DNA of 64,000 nucleotides, from positions 91,326,001 to 91,390,000 of the forward strand of contig OX597815.1 in assembly GCA_951406725.2 (NCBI GenBank), in the 5' to 3' direction. The notes beneath the pieces were generated by a model. That model made no database searches. It had not been told where the DNA came from and saw nothing but the letters and a program-made list of their open reading frames with translations. The number at the start of each line of letters is the position of its first letter. Position 1 is the stretch's first letter. The stretch comes from Octopus vulgaris. Lineage: Eukaryota. This document shows positions 38,902-54,386 of the stretch, in pieces. A program made the translations under genes and the position numbers.

Positions 38902-39008
<107 letters not shown>

Positions 39009-39483
39009 ACACACACACACACACACATGCATATATCATCATTATCATCATCATTTCGCATCTGTTTTCCATCCTGGCATGGGTTAGATGGGTTTTTTCT
39101 GGGACTGATAGGCCAGAGAGCTAGCTCCACCAGGTTTTGGCTTAGTTTCTATGGTTGGATGCCCATCCTAACACCAACCACACAAAGAGTGTAGTGGGTG
39201 CCTTTTACATGTCACTGGAGCAGGTACCTTGCATATGCCTCCAGCATATATGTTTGTGTATCTATTTGTCCCACCCATGCTAGCATGGAAGACAACCATT
39301 AAACAATGATGATGATGATATATATATATATATGCGTCATTCGAAGGCTAAAACAATGCGAACGCATTGTGACCAGCGATGTGTAACAACATCTGAGGCT
39401 CTGGTCGGTCATGTGATCATGTGATATATATATGCATACATATATATACACACACACACACACACATATATATATCTACAAAT

Positions 39484-39532
<49 letters not shown>

Positions 39533-39560
39533 TACATACATGTATGTGTGTGGTGGGGGG

Positions 39561-39745
39561 TTCAAGAAATGAATAGAAATGGCTTTTCTGATAATCTTTT
39601 CACTTTAATAATTAGATGTTTACAAACGGTGACTCTGATCGGAGTTTCTTGCTTGAAAGCGGTCTTCAAATAAAGACCTTTTGTAAACATCTAATTATTA
39701 AAGTGGGAAAATTATCAGAAAAGCCATTTCTATTCATTTTTTCAA
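39561..39745. repeat. Fold-back inverted repeat (~65 bp arms), same family as 797-932
   Basis: gaaatgaatagaaatggcttttctgataat...ctttaataattagatgtttacaaa / tttgtaaacatctaattattaaag...attatcagaaaagccatttctattcattt, followed by tatactgtaccaagg and (TA)n. Confidence 0.85.
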
Positions 39746-40539
39746 GTATATTATACTGTACCAAGGTTTTCTATTTCTTATTCTACTATATATATGTATG
39801 TATACATATATATGTATATATACATATATATATGTATATATACATATATGTATATATATATATACATATATATATATACATATATGTATATATACATATA
39901 TGTATAAATACATATATGTATATATGTATATATACATATATATATACATATATATATGTATATATACATATATATGTATATATACATATATATGTATATG
40001 TGTATATGTATGTGTGTGTGTGTGTGTTTGTGCATGCATGCATGTGTGTGCATATGTGTGTGTGCATGTGTGTATGTGTGTGTGCATATATAACACTTTT
40101 GTAAAGTGGTTAATAGGCAGAGACATAGACTAGTGAGTATCTTTATGTTAGTGCCACAATAAAATGCAGCCAGTGCACTCTGTAAAATGGTTGATGTTGT
40201 GAGGAGCATTCAGTACAGAAACCATTTTGGAATGCAGAAACCATGCCAAAAAGGCAATGAAAGCTATAATTAAAATGAAAAGCAGCGACCAGTCCAACCC
40301 ATGACAGCATGGAAAGGGGAAGTAAATCAATGATGATGATGATGATGGCAACAACATTGATAGCATGGTTTATAATACAGAGCAGAGAAAGAAGACTGAC
40401 AGTTAGGAAGAAAATGACAGAGAGTGATAAAGATTGCATACATTCTAAGAAAGCTGTCAACCTCGAAACTAAGAGATAGTTAGGTAATAAATGTCAGATG
40501 ACTGTTAGGTGATCATTACTGGGTTTTTTTATAGAGAAG

Positions 40540-40845
40540 ACATGTGGCTTAGTGTTTAAGTTAATCAGCTCACATCCATAAGATTGTGAGTTCGATTCCC
40601 AGTGGCTTGTTGTGTCTTTCAGCAAAACATTTTATTTCACATACACTCTGCTGGCAAAAATGAGTAGTACCTGTATTTGAAAGGGCCAACCTTGTCATAC
40701 TCTGTGTCATGATGAATCTCCCTGAGAACTACATTAAGGGTATGCATGGCTGTGGAATGATCAGCCTCTTGCTCATTAATTTCACAAGCAGGCTGTTTCA
40801 TTCATTGGATCAATTGGAACTCTCGTCATCATAACCAACAGAGTT
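40540..40845 (+). mobile_element. Diverged tRNA-derived SINE
   Basis: gtggcttagtgtttaag...gtgagttcgattcccagtgg head (A/B boxes). Confidence 0.6.
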
Positions 40846-41977
40846 TTAGTGGGTTTTTTTTATATGAAATTGATCATTTGTTATGCCAACAGAATGTTGA
40901 GTTCCCTTTGGGGTTAGTGTTTGTAGTTATAAAGAAGCTGTTGCTACATTTAGATAAAAAACATTTGTACTTCCTTTTTTTTTTTAATTATGTAACCAAC
41001 TTACATATAGACAATGCTGCTGCATATAGGCTAATCTAATTTTATTTTCAACAAAATCTAAGGATGGCTTTTAGTATTTTCTTTCATCAATTTGCAAAAT
41101 GATATTACTACCTTATCTATATTTATATATGCAAGACTTTGTTACTATATATATCACTGTTCACATAATTAACTGTGTGCATTTGACAAACAAGCAAGTC
41201 ATGCAAATTTTCTATGCTTGCAATATTGCCATACAGATATGACTTCTTTGAGTCTGAAGGAATACACTAAAATGAATACTCAAAATATAAATTGCCAAGG
41301 AGTTTTAATTTCCACTGCAGATTCCTTATTCATTATTGGCCAAAAATACTAATTTTCTGGATGTGCTTATGTGACATTCTAGGTAATATCATCCATCAAT
41401 GTTTTCCAAACCTTCCAAGCTTTCATTTAACTAACTATGGTCAGTTAACTAATAAATTATGTAGACATTATATGTGACAGATATCAAGTAATAATCATAT
41501 CAGAACATACAATGGATAGAACCTTGGAAACATGATACAAAAATATAAATGCCACAGTAGATAAAACTTCAATGACAATTTTTCATATGAGGATAAAACC
41601 ACAAATTTATATGCACATTTTAGTGGGTTGCATTAACTCAAGTATATACCTAGTTCTTTGGGATGATAAGTAAAGTAAACTTTAATAAGATTTGAACACA
41701 GAACACAAGCAAATTCAAACTCTGTAAGACATTTTAGAATGGTCCACGAAAATTTGTGACACCTCAACTTTAAAAATTAGACAGTACGCATTGTAATGTT
41801 CATCTGTTACATTTGAATATCAGCTTATGGAATATATATGGGGTATCTTTGTATATAATTCATTTTTCAAATTTAGAAACATCAGGTTGATTTCAGCAGC
41901 ATTGGAAGTTGAAACCATTGAATTTGGTTCTAAATTATTATGACTATATTTCATAGTATATTTATAATATATTCATA

Positions 41978-42268
41978 GCCAGTGCCGCTGGACTGGCTCC
42001 TGTGCAGATTGCACGTAAAAGCATCCACTACATAAAAACACCATTTGAGCGTGGCCGTTGCCAGTACCACCTGACTGGCCCTCATGCAGGTGGCACATCA
42101 AAGCATCCACTACACTCTCAGAGTGGTTGGTGTTAGGAAGGGCATCCAGCTGTAGAAACTCTGCCAGATCAGATTGGAGCCTGGTGCAGCCATCTGGCTT
42201 GCCAGTCCTCAGTCAAACCGTCCAACTCATGCCAGCATGGAAAGCGAATATTAAACGATGATGATGAT
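41978..42268 (+). mobile_element. 5'-truncated RTE 3' UTR fragment with (GAT)n tail
   Basis: ggtggcacatcaaagcatccactacactc...ttaggaagggcatccagctgtagaaac...ccgtccaactcatgccagcatggaaag..aacgatgatgatga is homologous to the reverse complement of 2578-2830. Confidence 0.85.
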
Positions 42269-43324
42269 TATAGTGTTTAGATATTTATGCATTGCTCCTC
42301 CATACATACACACATCATCTTTAGTCATATGTTTGATAAGTATGTATGTTGATGAATGTTAGTGTCGAATTGATAGAGAACCAGGTTTTACTAATGAAAC
42401 CTTTCTCTATGGAATAGCAATAAAAGGGAGTGGAAAGTGGAAGAAAGAATAAAAAAAAAAAGGTAAAGCAACAAAATTAATGTTTGATACCATTATTTTA
42501 ACAGTTAACATAATGGCCAGTGAGAATTGATAAATTATGATCTCTCTTATGAAGAATATCCCTAAAAAAAATGACTTTATATTCTATGATATATCAGTAA
42601 TGAGCTAAAAATATAGAAAAAAAATGAATGAGTCATTTTTAAGTTCCCAGAATATGAATGCAATATCAAACTATAATGATAAAACTGCTAATAAAAATAA
42701 AATAAATGATTTTTTATCTATCTTTTCACCCTCCAAAGAGAAAATAAACCATAGAGAATTCTAATTTTATGCTTTATATTAAAATCCTCTGTTTGTAATT
42801 TCTTTTAATGTCCATTCATTTAGGCATTTTCTTTTTTCTGTTAAACTATTCACCTTGATACTGAGAACATCGGGACATTTTCTAATTACTTAGACACACT
42901 CAAAATATTTGAATGAAATTGCATATAATCTGCACAAATCTGGGTTTGCAGATTAAATCCTGTGTGGCTTTTAAAGACATTTCCATTTGATTGACTGTTC
43001 CTTTATTCACACAGGTGACAAGACATGAAACAAGCTAAGCTTAATTGGAGGATTTCAGCCTTGTAATTCTTCTCATCTGCTATGCTGCCAAACTGTTACG
43101 GTAAATGGAAAAATGTGACCGCTAAGCTTTATGGATAAGAATTCTATTAGTATCATTACATTAAATTTACATAAACCTTCAGGAAATAAGTAAAAGCACA
43201 AATAAATAAATAAAAAGTGGCATGCAAATATTTCCCAATGTTAAAAGAAAAATGCATTGTCAATGATCTTTGCATCCTTCTTTAATACAACTGTACTGTT
43301 CTCATTTCTATCTATTACAATACA

Positions 43325-43812
43325 AACACTTTCCTCTCTGGTCAATCTCTCATCAACTTCTTCAAGTATCACTTAAAAAGGAAAGTGAGAGTAGAGAGGC
43401 AAGTTTTGTCTAGCGAATGTTTCAAGAAACGATGGGTGAATGTAGCAAGCATGGCATCTATGAATGACGAAGCCACCTTGAACATAATCCTATGAACCCA
43501 GAAAAATTTAAAACAGAGAGTTACTTACTAGCAAATAAATATGTTAACATGTGACATTATTGACCGAGGTTACCATGGTCTTTTCCGTAGGCTTTTCTTT
43601 CCACGGATAAACCTTATCTGTTTCCCCCCTCTACACTTTACATAACAATTCTGTGATACAGAATCCCTATTGATCCTTTTTTTTTCTTTTTTTTTTTACG
43701 ATCCTTTTTAATCAAAAACCTACCCCACCAATTTTTTTTTCTCCCCAAAAAGAAAAGCTCTACTTTGTAATTTGTCCCCTCTGTTCAGTCCTGTGTGGCT
43801 AATAAAGAAACA
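43325..43812 (+). mobile_element. 5'-truncated L1/Tx1-like LINE 3' end with a 16-bp target site duplication
   Basis: Direct repeat tatctattacaataca at 43309-43324 and 43813-43828. The insert begins with an ORF end (FFKYHLKRKVRVERQVLSSECFKKRWV...*) and ends with aataaagaaa. Clade assignment is tentative. Confidence 0.7.
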
Positions 43813-45869
43813 TATCTATTACAATACATCCTACCAGCCAGTCAGCCAGCTAGCCATAGAAACATATACTTTCCTTCACAACCTTTCTACCAAGCAGGTG
43901 GCTAGTCAAAATTAACTCTAAAGAATAAAAAGAAAACATCAACTTTCTATAATGAATACTATCTCCTGAGAACTTTTGTCATTGATACAAACCTGATACA
44001 AATAAATAAATAAATAAATTGGTTATCTTCTTTCGAAAAATGCAAAGAAGTGCCTTTCTTTTCTATGAAATATAGTAGTGATTAAAAAGAGAAAATTAAC
44101 TGAAACTCAAAACCTGACATTACTATTAGGTATACCATGGCTGGATGGGAGACTGGTGTCAGGTATTAGAAGTTGCCAAAATATTGAGAGAAAGATCTGT
44201 GGACTTTTGAACTGAAGCTAGACCTGTGCCAATTTTATAAAAAGGTTAGGTAAGATCCCTCGATATGTTACATGAAAAGAATGAAGAATAATAGGAATCT
44301 AAAACACCATAACTACTCATGGTTTGGTGTCAAACAACTATGACAACCTTCATTGAGTAAAAACTAGCTTTTATCCCCACAGACCATCAGATAGGAATTG
44401 TCCCACATCAACGAATTTTTAGTGTGGAAGATTGCTATATGAATATAAGGGTTCTGAGGTCACCAATGTGGCAGTTTGTTGACACCACCACCTTAATGTT
44501 GTTTGTTGGTTGTTAGTTTAACAAAAGTTGCTCTCACATCGGGTTGACTCCATAGTTGTTGGTTGAAGATGACGATGTCAGCGACAGTAGTTGTTGCCAA
44601 CTGTGTTTGTGTGTTCGATAATTGTGTGGTGATATACAATAACAACTCAACCTTGTTCAGCAGTAAAGCTTTATTCACAGCAGTGTGGGTTAAGTACAGT
44701 GTTAATATTTTATAGAGTGCTCATTAGTGTTTAATAGAGATGTCTATAGTGTGGTAGTGGTGATTGAATGTATGTTTGAAGACATTAGTTGTGCTTTGTG
44801 TATATAGAAAGAGGTTTGATAGAAGCCTCTAGTAAACATGAGATAAAGGCATTGGGTTTGGTCTATTCTGCTGGTGCATATGGAAGAAGGATGTTCTTGT
44901 GTGAGAGAAGCCAGCTCTAATGCAATAGAGCAAAACTGCATGCCAGGAGTCTTTTAAAGAACCGAGACAAGGAACTTAAGGAACTCGACTGAACCTGGTG
45001 ACAACTACATTATATAAGTGACAATCAGGCATAGCAGAGAGCGCCTGTTAGAAGGAGCTTGTTAATTCAGTCAATCACAGACTGAAAACAAATGGTGTCA
45101 TCTGAGCCTACCTGAGATCCAAAAATACATATTTTAAACCACTGCTAATACAGACATGCTACAAATTCTTCTCCGGAGAAGATCATAAACAGTACAAAGC
45201 ATGAATGATGCAATACCAATAGAACTTAAAGGAGCATTCTGCTATTATACAAGTGAGTGGTAAGAAAGAAAGAGAAATAATGAGTGAAGAATATAAACAA
45301 CAGAAGCAACAGCCAAATTCAAACAAAACTTCACCATCAACATTGACAAGGGAGAACAACTACCACATAAATTGGTAGGAAATCAACCAGCCTTATGTTA
45401 TCCACTATGGACCAAAGAGCTAAAGACCAACTAGCAGTGATTGAAAATCCCAACTTTTGGATGTTGAATGTTGTTATATTGAGCTGTGATTACTATTCAA
45501 CAACAGTAAAGGGATTGATTGTATTAAGAAGAAAGAAACAAAATGTGTAACCTCCCTCTGGATATATATTGACAGACTCAGGAAAAATTCTAGCTAAACA
45601 CAACTATTAAGTGCAAAGTGAATAATAAATTCACGAACCCCCAGCTGCAACTTTATGATAGGTTATCTAAAGTCTTTGAAAACTGATGACAAGAAATGCT
45701 TATAGGCCCTTAGCTGCCCTTAAACATGAACTGCAAGTGGCAAGTATACAATTTCATTTTTAAAATAAACCTTTAAGAACAAAAAAACCATCAACCACAA
45801 GTTTGTAATAAACCCCACCAGTAGTGTATCACAGAATGAAGGGGCATACCATCAAGATTGAGAAATCTC

Positions 45870-46650
45870 CTTTTCTAGATGAGCTACAAAGTTTTTAATG
45901 AGCTAAGGAGTGAGTCTTGCGCAAACATCTTTTTCAAAACTTATAATATCAATAATGAAACTCTCCTGACAGTTGTTGAAAAACTACTGATTAGGAAATT
46001 ATCTAGAAGGAACCTGATAGTGGGCTATTGGTATAGAAAACTCCTACAGATCATTTCTCATTAACCAGTTTGAAAGAACAATGAATGTTGAGCTTGATAT
46101 GTCAGACAGATTGGCAGTTGCACATATAACACTATTAGCTATAAACCAGGAAATGCATGTGGCTAACAGCTACAAGTCCATATTGTGTCTGAATGTGATG
46201 TATAAATTATACAATGGTTGTTTGAATGCATTCATTCAGGTTCACTGTGAAATGCACAATATAATGACTGAAGAGCAGGCAGGAGGAAAGAAATGAGTTT
46301 GAGACAATACCAAAACAACCCCTTGTCAATAGAAATATCCTTAAGAAAGTAAAGCAGCACCACTAAAAGTGGATGACTGCATGGCTACATTATAAGAAGA
46401 CATTTGATTCTTTATATGGATTATAGAGTCATTATACTTTACTAAGGTTCCAGCTGCTATCATCAAAGCCATTAAGGGGCTGACAATAGAACTAGTATTA
46501 AGAACTGAAGTTACCACTATTGTAAAAAACAGAATCAGGTTATCAACAGGAATATTTCAGTGTGATAGCTTATATGAAATGATTTTTGTCCTAGCAGTGA
46601 ACCCCTTGTCAGCCCTTTTAAGGAAGTTTAAAGGTTACATAATAGGAGTG
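45870..46650 (+). mobile_element. Decayed R4/Dong-like non-LTR reverse transcriptase remnant (element probably extends upstream)
   Basis: SYKSILCLNVMYKLY...IMTEEQAGGKK, TAWLHYKKTFDS and IRLSTGIFQCDSL...FVLAVNPLS correspond to NYRPITCL..YK, EEQKG, AWIDYKKAFDS and GIFQGDSLSP..F...NPLS. Confidence 0.7.
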
Positions 46651-47415
46651 GAATCCACTGGATGCTATGTTACAGTATTATTCAGACTATTGAGTTCCCA
46701 ATCCTTGTGATATTGGAATCTTCAGAATGTCAAGCAAAAACCTAACCAAAACTCACTGCTGTCCAAATTAGGACACATACAAGCATAGACATTTAATGCC
46801 TACATTAATATATTAATTAAACAACATTCATATCACAATGTACCTATTCCAAAAAGCAAAATACACGAGAAGTATCCTCTGCCCAAACGAGATAGATAAA
46901 CAGGCAAGGCAGATTGACAGACAGGCAGACTGACTGATAGATAAATAAATACATAAAAGCAAACAAAAACTACATGTGTGTGTGTGTGTGTATCGTATTA
47001 TAAAGTAATATAATATGAATATATAGATATTTCTAATCAGTAATGTATTTTGTTTGATTGAAAGAAAATTCTTTAATCGGCCTGAAGCAAAGGAATATAT
47101 GGGAAAATTGATGTAAAACGATAAGCTAATTCTATCAAAGCTAATTAATTTATATCTGTACATCTGTGGTGTACGTATATATACACACACATGCATTTGC
47201 TTATTTATATGTGTAGGTTTAATTGTTTTTTATGGGAGTATTTATGTAGCCGCATGGCTTTATATAAGTACAAGCATGTGCAACATGTTTTATATGGATG
47301 TAAGCTTATGAAGGTGCATGTTCATTGATAAGTTTTAAGTGACTTTGAGTATATATATATATACATATGTGTATAAGTGTAAATATATATATGTATGTAT
47401 GTATATATGTATGTA

Positions 47416-47446
<31 letters not shown>

Positions 47447-47687
47447 TTGAGTAACTTCACATGGCTTTGTGGTTAGTTGCAGTTATTTGTTACACTATAG
47501 TTTATGTTGTTACTTTTTCTAAAGTGTGTGCATATGGAGCATATTTAGATGACTGGGAATTAACATAGGCATGTGTATAGATACGTGTGTGTGTGTATGT
47601 GTGTGTGCACAAATATATACATGTATATATATATGTATACATGCATATACACATATATATGTGTGTATGTATATATATGTATACATA

Positions 47688-47734
<47 letters not shown>

Positions 47735-48499
47735 TCAAACATGTGTGTGTATACCACATTTATATGATTATGAGAATTACTTCTCTGTGTGACTATGTTG
47801 CTTTTCAGTTATGTATGTGTGTATTATGAAGCTGTGTTTTTGCATAGATATATGTTCGTGTGGATGCATATGCATGTAGGTTTACATGTAACAGTGTATA
47901 TGTTTGTAAGCACATGAGCATGCATCAGTGTATATGTATATATACTTGTACATATGCTTACATATGTACATATGTGTGTATTTTATATTTCCTTTAAAAT
48001 TTTTCTTGGACATGTTCAAATTAACAAATAGTAAATTTTATATATTATCAGAATATAAGATATCTTATCTTTAAATATCAACAACTTATTGGAAATATTT
48101 ATCATTTAACTGAATATAATGTTAACAGCATTTAGATAAATATAATAAATATAATTTAGATTTTAAAGAAGAATAGACAGGCTCTGTATCACAAAATCAC
48201 TAGAATTTAAGAATACTAATGAATTTCTATCAGCAAAAGAAGTGAAATGGTTTTTGAACAGCACCTTTCATCATAGAATGAAGACCAATGATTAAAATAT
48301 TACTATCTTTCTCAAAATAGCACATCAGTATATCTTGCTCTTTCGATAGTTTCCCTAAATGGACTGTGGCCATGCTGGAGCAGTGCATTCAAGGATTTAG
48401 TTGATCATATCCCCAATACTTATATTAGTTTGTTACTTATTTCATTGATCTCCCTTTGTGGGATCTTTAATTTAGGGGACAAAACGAAGATAATCTAGA

Positions 48500-50997
48500 G
48501 AAGAAATGTAAAGAAATTGAAAGATGTCTGCCAAACATAGGTTCACTGAGGTAATAGGTAATAAATACGAGAAGAAAGAGGAGGAGATAGAGGGCTACAA
48601 CATACAAGACAACGGAATTTCTAGTAGACAACCTATTAAGGACCACATAAAATCTGTGGTTGGAGAAAAGTAGTTGTCAAATAAAAGGCATCATAGTCAG
48701 CAGAATAGGACTATAAATATAGATGTAAAATCAAAAAGGACAAACTCAGAAGACTGAAAGAAAGGAAACAACAAATAACTATATCAAGTAACTAGAAGAG
48801 AATCTAGGTTCTAGGTTTATGTAGCACAGAAAGAGGCCAAAAACAAGAGGTCACAATATCCTGTGATGAGAAGCTGATGGGCTTTAGGTTTCTACATCAC
48901 AAAGCAGTGTGTCAGTTCGAATCAAGATGTTATTCATAAAAAATATGTGTTCATAACAATAGCACTGTACATAACAATAATGCTGAGAAGAGGGTATGAA
49001 ATGTTATTACAAGAAATTACTGAATAAAAAAAATGTGTGGAAAGGACTAATTCAAGTTGACACAACTAAAATACTATCTATTAGAGTTGATTGTTATATG
49101 CCGTTAAGGATATGAAAGCAAGGAAAGCTGCTACAATATTAATGAGAGTCATTGATGGCACTGAAAATATTTGGCAAAGCAGGGCTCAAGTTAGTCATTT
49201 GCATAGTAAATCAGGTACTGCTGAGAAATATCTTCCCCAAAGACTGACAAAGCAGTATACTCATCAACTGCTCTAGAAAGAAGCAATTACACAGCTATAA
49301 AACTAAACAGAAATAACAGTAGTGCAAACTGACAAAGAAGAGGCTTATCTGAGCTGAGACAGTTAAGATGGATGCCAGATCAGAGTTAACACTGACATTC
49401 ATAGCTAAGAGGAGACCACTCTTGTAAACATTCACTGATATGGAGAAAGTTTCTAACAGGATGCCATGCTCTGTTGTCAGGTGGTTTTTAGCAAAAGATG
49501 AATATAGGTGCAGGCGTGGCTGTGTGGTAAAAAGCTTGCTTCCAAGTTCAGTCCTGTTGCATGGCACCTTGGGCATGTATCTTTTACTATAACCTGAAGT
49601 CAACCAAAGCCCTGTGAGTGGATTTGGTGGACAGAAACTGAAAGAACCCCACCGTATGTATGTATGTATGTATGTATGTATGTATGTATGTATGTATGTA
49701 TGTATGTATGTATGTGTGTGTGTGTATGTGTATGTATGTATGTATGTATGTATGTATGTATGGATGTATAGGTGGATGGATGGAAGAATGGATGTATGGA
49801 TGCATGCATGCATGTATATGTGTGTGTGCACGTGTGTGTGCATGCATGTGTATATATTTCTGTATGTACATCTTTGCGACAGTGTTTGTCCTCATCACCA
49901 CTTGACAACTGGTGTTTGTGTGTTTACATCCCTGTAACTTAGTGGTTCAGCAAAAGAAACCAACAGAATTATTACTATGCTTAAAAAATAAGTCCTGCAG
50001 TTGGTTTGTTTGACTAAAACCTTTCAAGGCCATTATGAGATTTAAAGACCATTGGATGACTACCACTTATAACCGAATGTCTGGTAGATTAAGAGAAGAA
50101 ATTCTTCCAGGTGTACAAACAAAACCTACAATTGAGAATCTTCAAAGCAAATCTAACAAAGACTAATATTTCAGTGAAGAGAAAAGAAGATATGATCATG
50201 CTGCAATTAGGTAAATGGCCATACTCAATATGCAGGGAAGGTGTAAATAGGACTTCCATATGGTGTACCTAATGTAAAGTATGGATGCATAAGAGGTGAA
50301 ATTGGATCACAAGCAGTCTGACAGACAAAATAAAATGTTGTATGTGGTGGATGCACATAAGTAGTTAGCAGTAAGTGCACAAGTGAAACAAATTCTTCTA
50401 AATGTTTGAAAGGCTACAAAGAAGTAGTTGAAAACTTCTACTACTTAGATGACCGAACTAACTGAAGAAGTAGATGCTCTAAAAGCACCATAACCAGAAT
50501 AAGAAGAATGTGGGAAAAGTCCTCTGCTGACAAGAGGATTTTTTTTTTTCAAACAAAGGGTGAATTGTATGATGTTTATAAACAAAGTCAGATGTTGCAT
50601 AGTAACTGGCCACTGACATAATACAGAGGATGTGAAAAGAGCAGAAATAAATAAAATAAGAACATTCTGCTGAATGTGTAATGTTATTGTGCATGAAGAA
50701 TGAGGCATGGGTAAGCTAACAGGAAACCTGAGTATAAGAGATATCAATTATAGTATGCAGAGAGAAAAGTGTGTTGGTACAAGAATTTAGTGTGTATGCA
50801 TGATGATAGCTGGGTAAAGAAGTACCAAGAGATTCAAGTGAAAAGAAGCTGCAGATTTGAAAGAAAGGGAAGGCATGGTAGAAGTGATAAAAGATTTCAG
50901 GGTGTTAAACTTCATAATTGACAAGATACTATTGAAGAGGAGCCATCCAGTCATGCAAGCATGGAAAACAAATGTGAAAATGATGATGATGATGAAA
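48500..50997 (+). mobile_element. Highly decayed long copy of the RTE family, interrupted by a SINE
   Basis: Remnants collinear with the young ORF: DNLLRT..ICGW (~48627), KQCVSSNQDV (~48902), AVKDMKARKA (~49100), GKWPYSICREGV (~50210), and the tail catgcaagcatggaaaac..(gat)n at ~50950-50995. Confidence 0.65.
49506..50030 (+). mobile_element. Family A SINE with internal (TATG)n, nested in the old RTE
   Basis: ggtgcaggcgtggctgtgtggtaaaaagcttgc...gtgagtggatttggtggacagaaactgaaagaa, microsatellite, then gtgtttgtcctc...cttgacaactggtg. Confidence 0.8.
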
Positions 50998-53900
50998 TAA
51001 CCTGAGGAAACATGTGTTAATATAAAAGTTGTAAATTTAGTTTAGATGATGAAAGTTAAGATTCATTGTCTATTGAAATCCAACAGTTTATTTTCTGCTA
51101 GTACCAATTATGACATAAGGAGAAATGTGTCCACTAACTTTTTTTTATCAGAATCATTTAAGTATCAGAAAAAATACAAAATATCTTATTGTATTTGCTT
51201 ACAACCTTTTGCATTTCAAGTTCAAATTCTGTTAAAGTCAACCTCACCTTTTTCCTTTCTAGAGTCTAAAATAAAGCAACAGTCAAGTGCAGGGGCAATA
51301 ACATTCTAAATATGGAAGGAATTATAATAGATGACTAAGATATAGGATCACTTCTAAACCATGAAATATTGTAATTGTAACTTCAGTTAATTCTTTATTT
51401 ATCAATTTCCAGATCACATAAACAAATATCAGTAATTATTATATGCCTTAACTGCTGCAAGCAAGATTTAAATCATGGAGATGAATTAAATCCTACTATG
51501 ACAGACTGCATATACAACCCACATAACCAAATAATTTGTTTCAAAAAATTTTCAACAACTGAAAAAAATAATACAGCTAAAACATAACTACAGTAATTTT
51601 AAGATAACTGGGATCCATAAATGTTAAAATAAAGATTTATTGAGTAAAAACCTGGGTAAGCAATTTATTAGAACAAGAGGTGTAATAATAACTATTATAT
51701 CTCCTCAATTAGAGATCATTGAAGGATATATTACTAACCATCAAAGATGGGAAAATCATTATAGCTTGTAAAAATATCTGAAACTTATGACTGTGTTTTC
51801 TCTTACTCAAATAAAGATCAAAATTAGCATTCTTGAACGTTCTGATGCTACTTCTGTCACATTGTGTAAAATTGTATTTAAAAATATTTATTTCTCAATT
51901 ATTATTTTTTTTTTTTTTTGCAAGAGATTTGATCAAAAATGTTGTTGCTGAAACAGATATTGTTGCATTTTATGAAAGTCATGTTTTCATATTTAATGAA
52001 TACTCTAACTATTATTATTCACTTTTTTTTATTTTGTTTTACAGTTGATAATATCAGTCATTCTTGTGAACAGACATTAAATGTGCAATGAAAGACTTTG
52101 ATACTTTTAACAATACAAAAACACATTAATGAAACAGTAAATAGTCATGCATATGTTTAACAAATAACCACTCTAACACTACCAATAGGCAAGAATATAT
52201 ATATATTAAATTTAAATTTAAATTTAATGCCAAGACTTCTTTTTCCAATGAAAACTTTTTCCAAATAGTGCAACATATGGCAAATTATCTTAATTAGCAA
52301 AATAAATTCATTATTTACAACAACTATATATGCCGAGAGAAAAAATGGAAATGATATTTATTTGAAATATCTTTTGTGATTAGATCAAAATTTCTCATCT
52401 TTTCTGAAAGCATATAATTAGGTGAAATTGTTAGAAAATTAACTTAGCAGAACATAAAAAAAAATAGAACAATAAAATTTAAAATAAAATCCATTACCTG
52501 AAGGTTATATAAAATTAATGAAATAGATTTAAAAGAGGCAATATATAGAAATAATAGCCAGAACTCTTGTTAAATTGAAATACATTTTCAATTTTTCCCA
52601 AAGGATAATTTATTTAAGCAGTGTATATTTTCTAATGATTCAAACTACAATGTAAGATGTTGCTTTTCTCATTTCACACACTTTGTAGTTGTTTCTCATT
52701 TTAGTTGACATGAGCTTCTTAACTTAATTTCTAACATAACAAATGCCTTTCTAGCATCTACCAAAGCTCAGACAATAAACTGCCTAATCTCTGTATGCAT
52801 AGCTTAAAGAATCAGGATTTGTCATTTTTTTGTCTTTGTTTTCTTTCAAGATTACACAGTGCTTTCTTCTGCATCATTATATATCAGTTCAAAACAAACT
52901 GCTGACGTTAATACCTAACAGTATATATATCCACCGATCAATTGTTATGTTTAACAATTTCTCTTTTTGTCTATTTGTTGAGCTCTGTATGAACATTGTA
53001 CATTGGAGCTAAGTTTGCAACTTACCAAATTTACAATGCAGGTCTAATTATTACTCAACAGAATTTTACTTTGCATACTGGTAATTTACAGTTATATTCT
53101 TACCTAGAGAAGGTTAGGTTCTGTGGTACTGAATTAAACTCAACTTACAGCATGAAACTTTTAGAGACAATCCACTGACGCATTAAGGGTTATTGATCAT
53201 TTCTATCTGTCGATCTATTTGTATTTCTAGCCTAGATATTTATCAACATGTAACTGACTGTTTAAGTCACTGCTTATCTATGTAAAGTAGGATTTTCTTG
53301 CATCCGTGTATTTGTGTTTGTTTAGCTGCTATTGTCTCTATATAATGATGGTCAGAATAATGGCAGTTACAGTAGAGATAGTGGTGGCCTGACATCCACC
53401 ACAGCCAAGGCAATTACAAAAATGATGTTGATGAGCTTGATGATAAGAATCAGCATCACCATCATCACTAGTGATGATGTCGTTGTCATCATTGAGATGG
53501 TTGCCACCATTATCATCATTATCATTGTCCAGGAGATTATTTTGTAAAGATTAAAGATGAGAAATATGTTCCAATATTATCACTTAACTTGTTTTCCAAG
53601 TTGGTATGAATTATTTAGATCTGCAATTAGTCATATTACAATTTCTTTTGATTATGTATCATCTTTTAAGTAAGGTCCAACATGTTAAGGTCTTACTTGA
53701 CCAGCTCTTCTCATATCAACATGGGATTTTTCTGTAGTACACACCTTCTTCAATTAGTTTACAACATTGTTTTCTATTTATACCAGTTATCACCTGTTCA
53801 CATGACCAGCACACTTACTTCTGCTTTTATTGGCTAAGGTTTTCAATATGTAGTTACTCACTTTCAGATCTTCTGCACTCTAACTTATATATAAATGAAT

Positions 53901-54386
53901 ATTCCATATGAATTCATTTTTCTCCAGCCTTATTTTTTTACTTGTTTCAGTCATTTGATTGCACTTGTATTGGAGCATGAATCTAATCCAATAACCATTA
54001 ATTGCCTTGAAAGGATTAGTTGAATCTCATATAAAATTTACTAAATATTATTATTCATAAATATAAATTATCTCAATATGATTTTAATAAGAACCAAAAT
54101 TCTTATCTTCCAATTGTTGATCACCTGTTTTTAGTTATTTTATACAAATACTCTTCTACAAGATATGATTAAGATCCAATTATCTGTGCTAGAATATGTT
54201 GAATGAGTTTACAATACAACTTACCTATATACATTTCAAAAGTTCATGGAAGTAACAGAAATGACTTGTGAAATGTGGTAGAAAAGGAAACCCTATATTT
54301 GGATAAGTAAGCGTGCAGAGACTCATTCAGTGGCCTGGGCTTGGCAGAGATTGCATTAATTGTTGATTGAAAGCTGAATTAATTAA

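Noticed and set aside
39631-39664. Hammerhead-like string in the loop of the 39561 hairpin (ctgatcg gagt..gctt gaaa gcg gtc)
   Set aside because: The core has two non-compensatory mismatches and no UH site.
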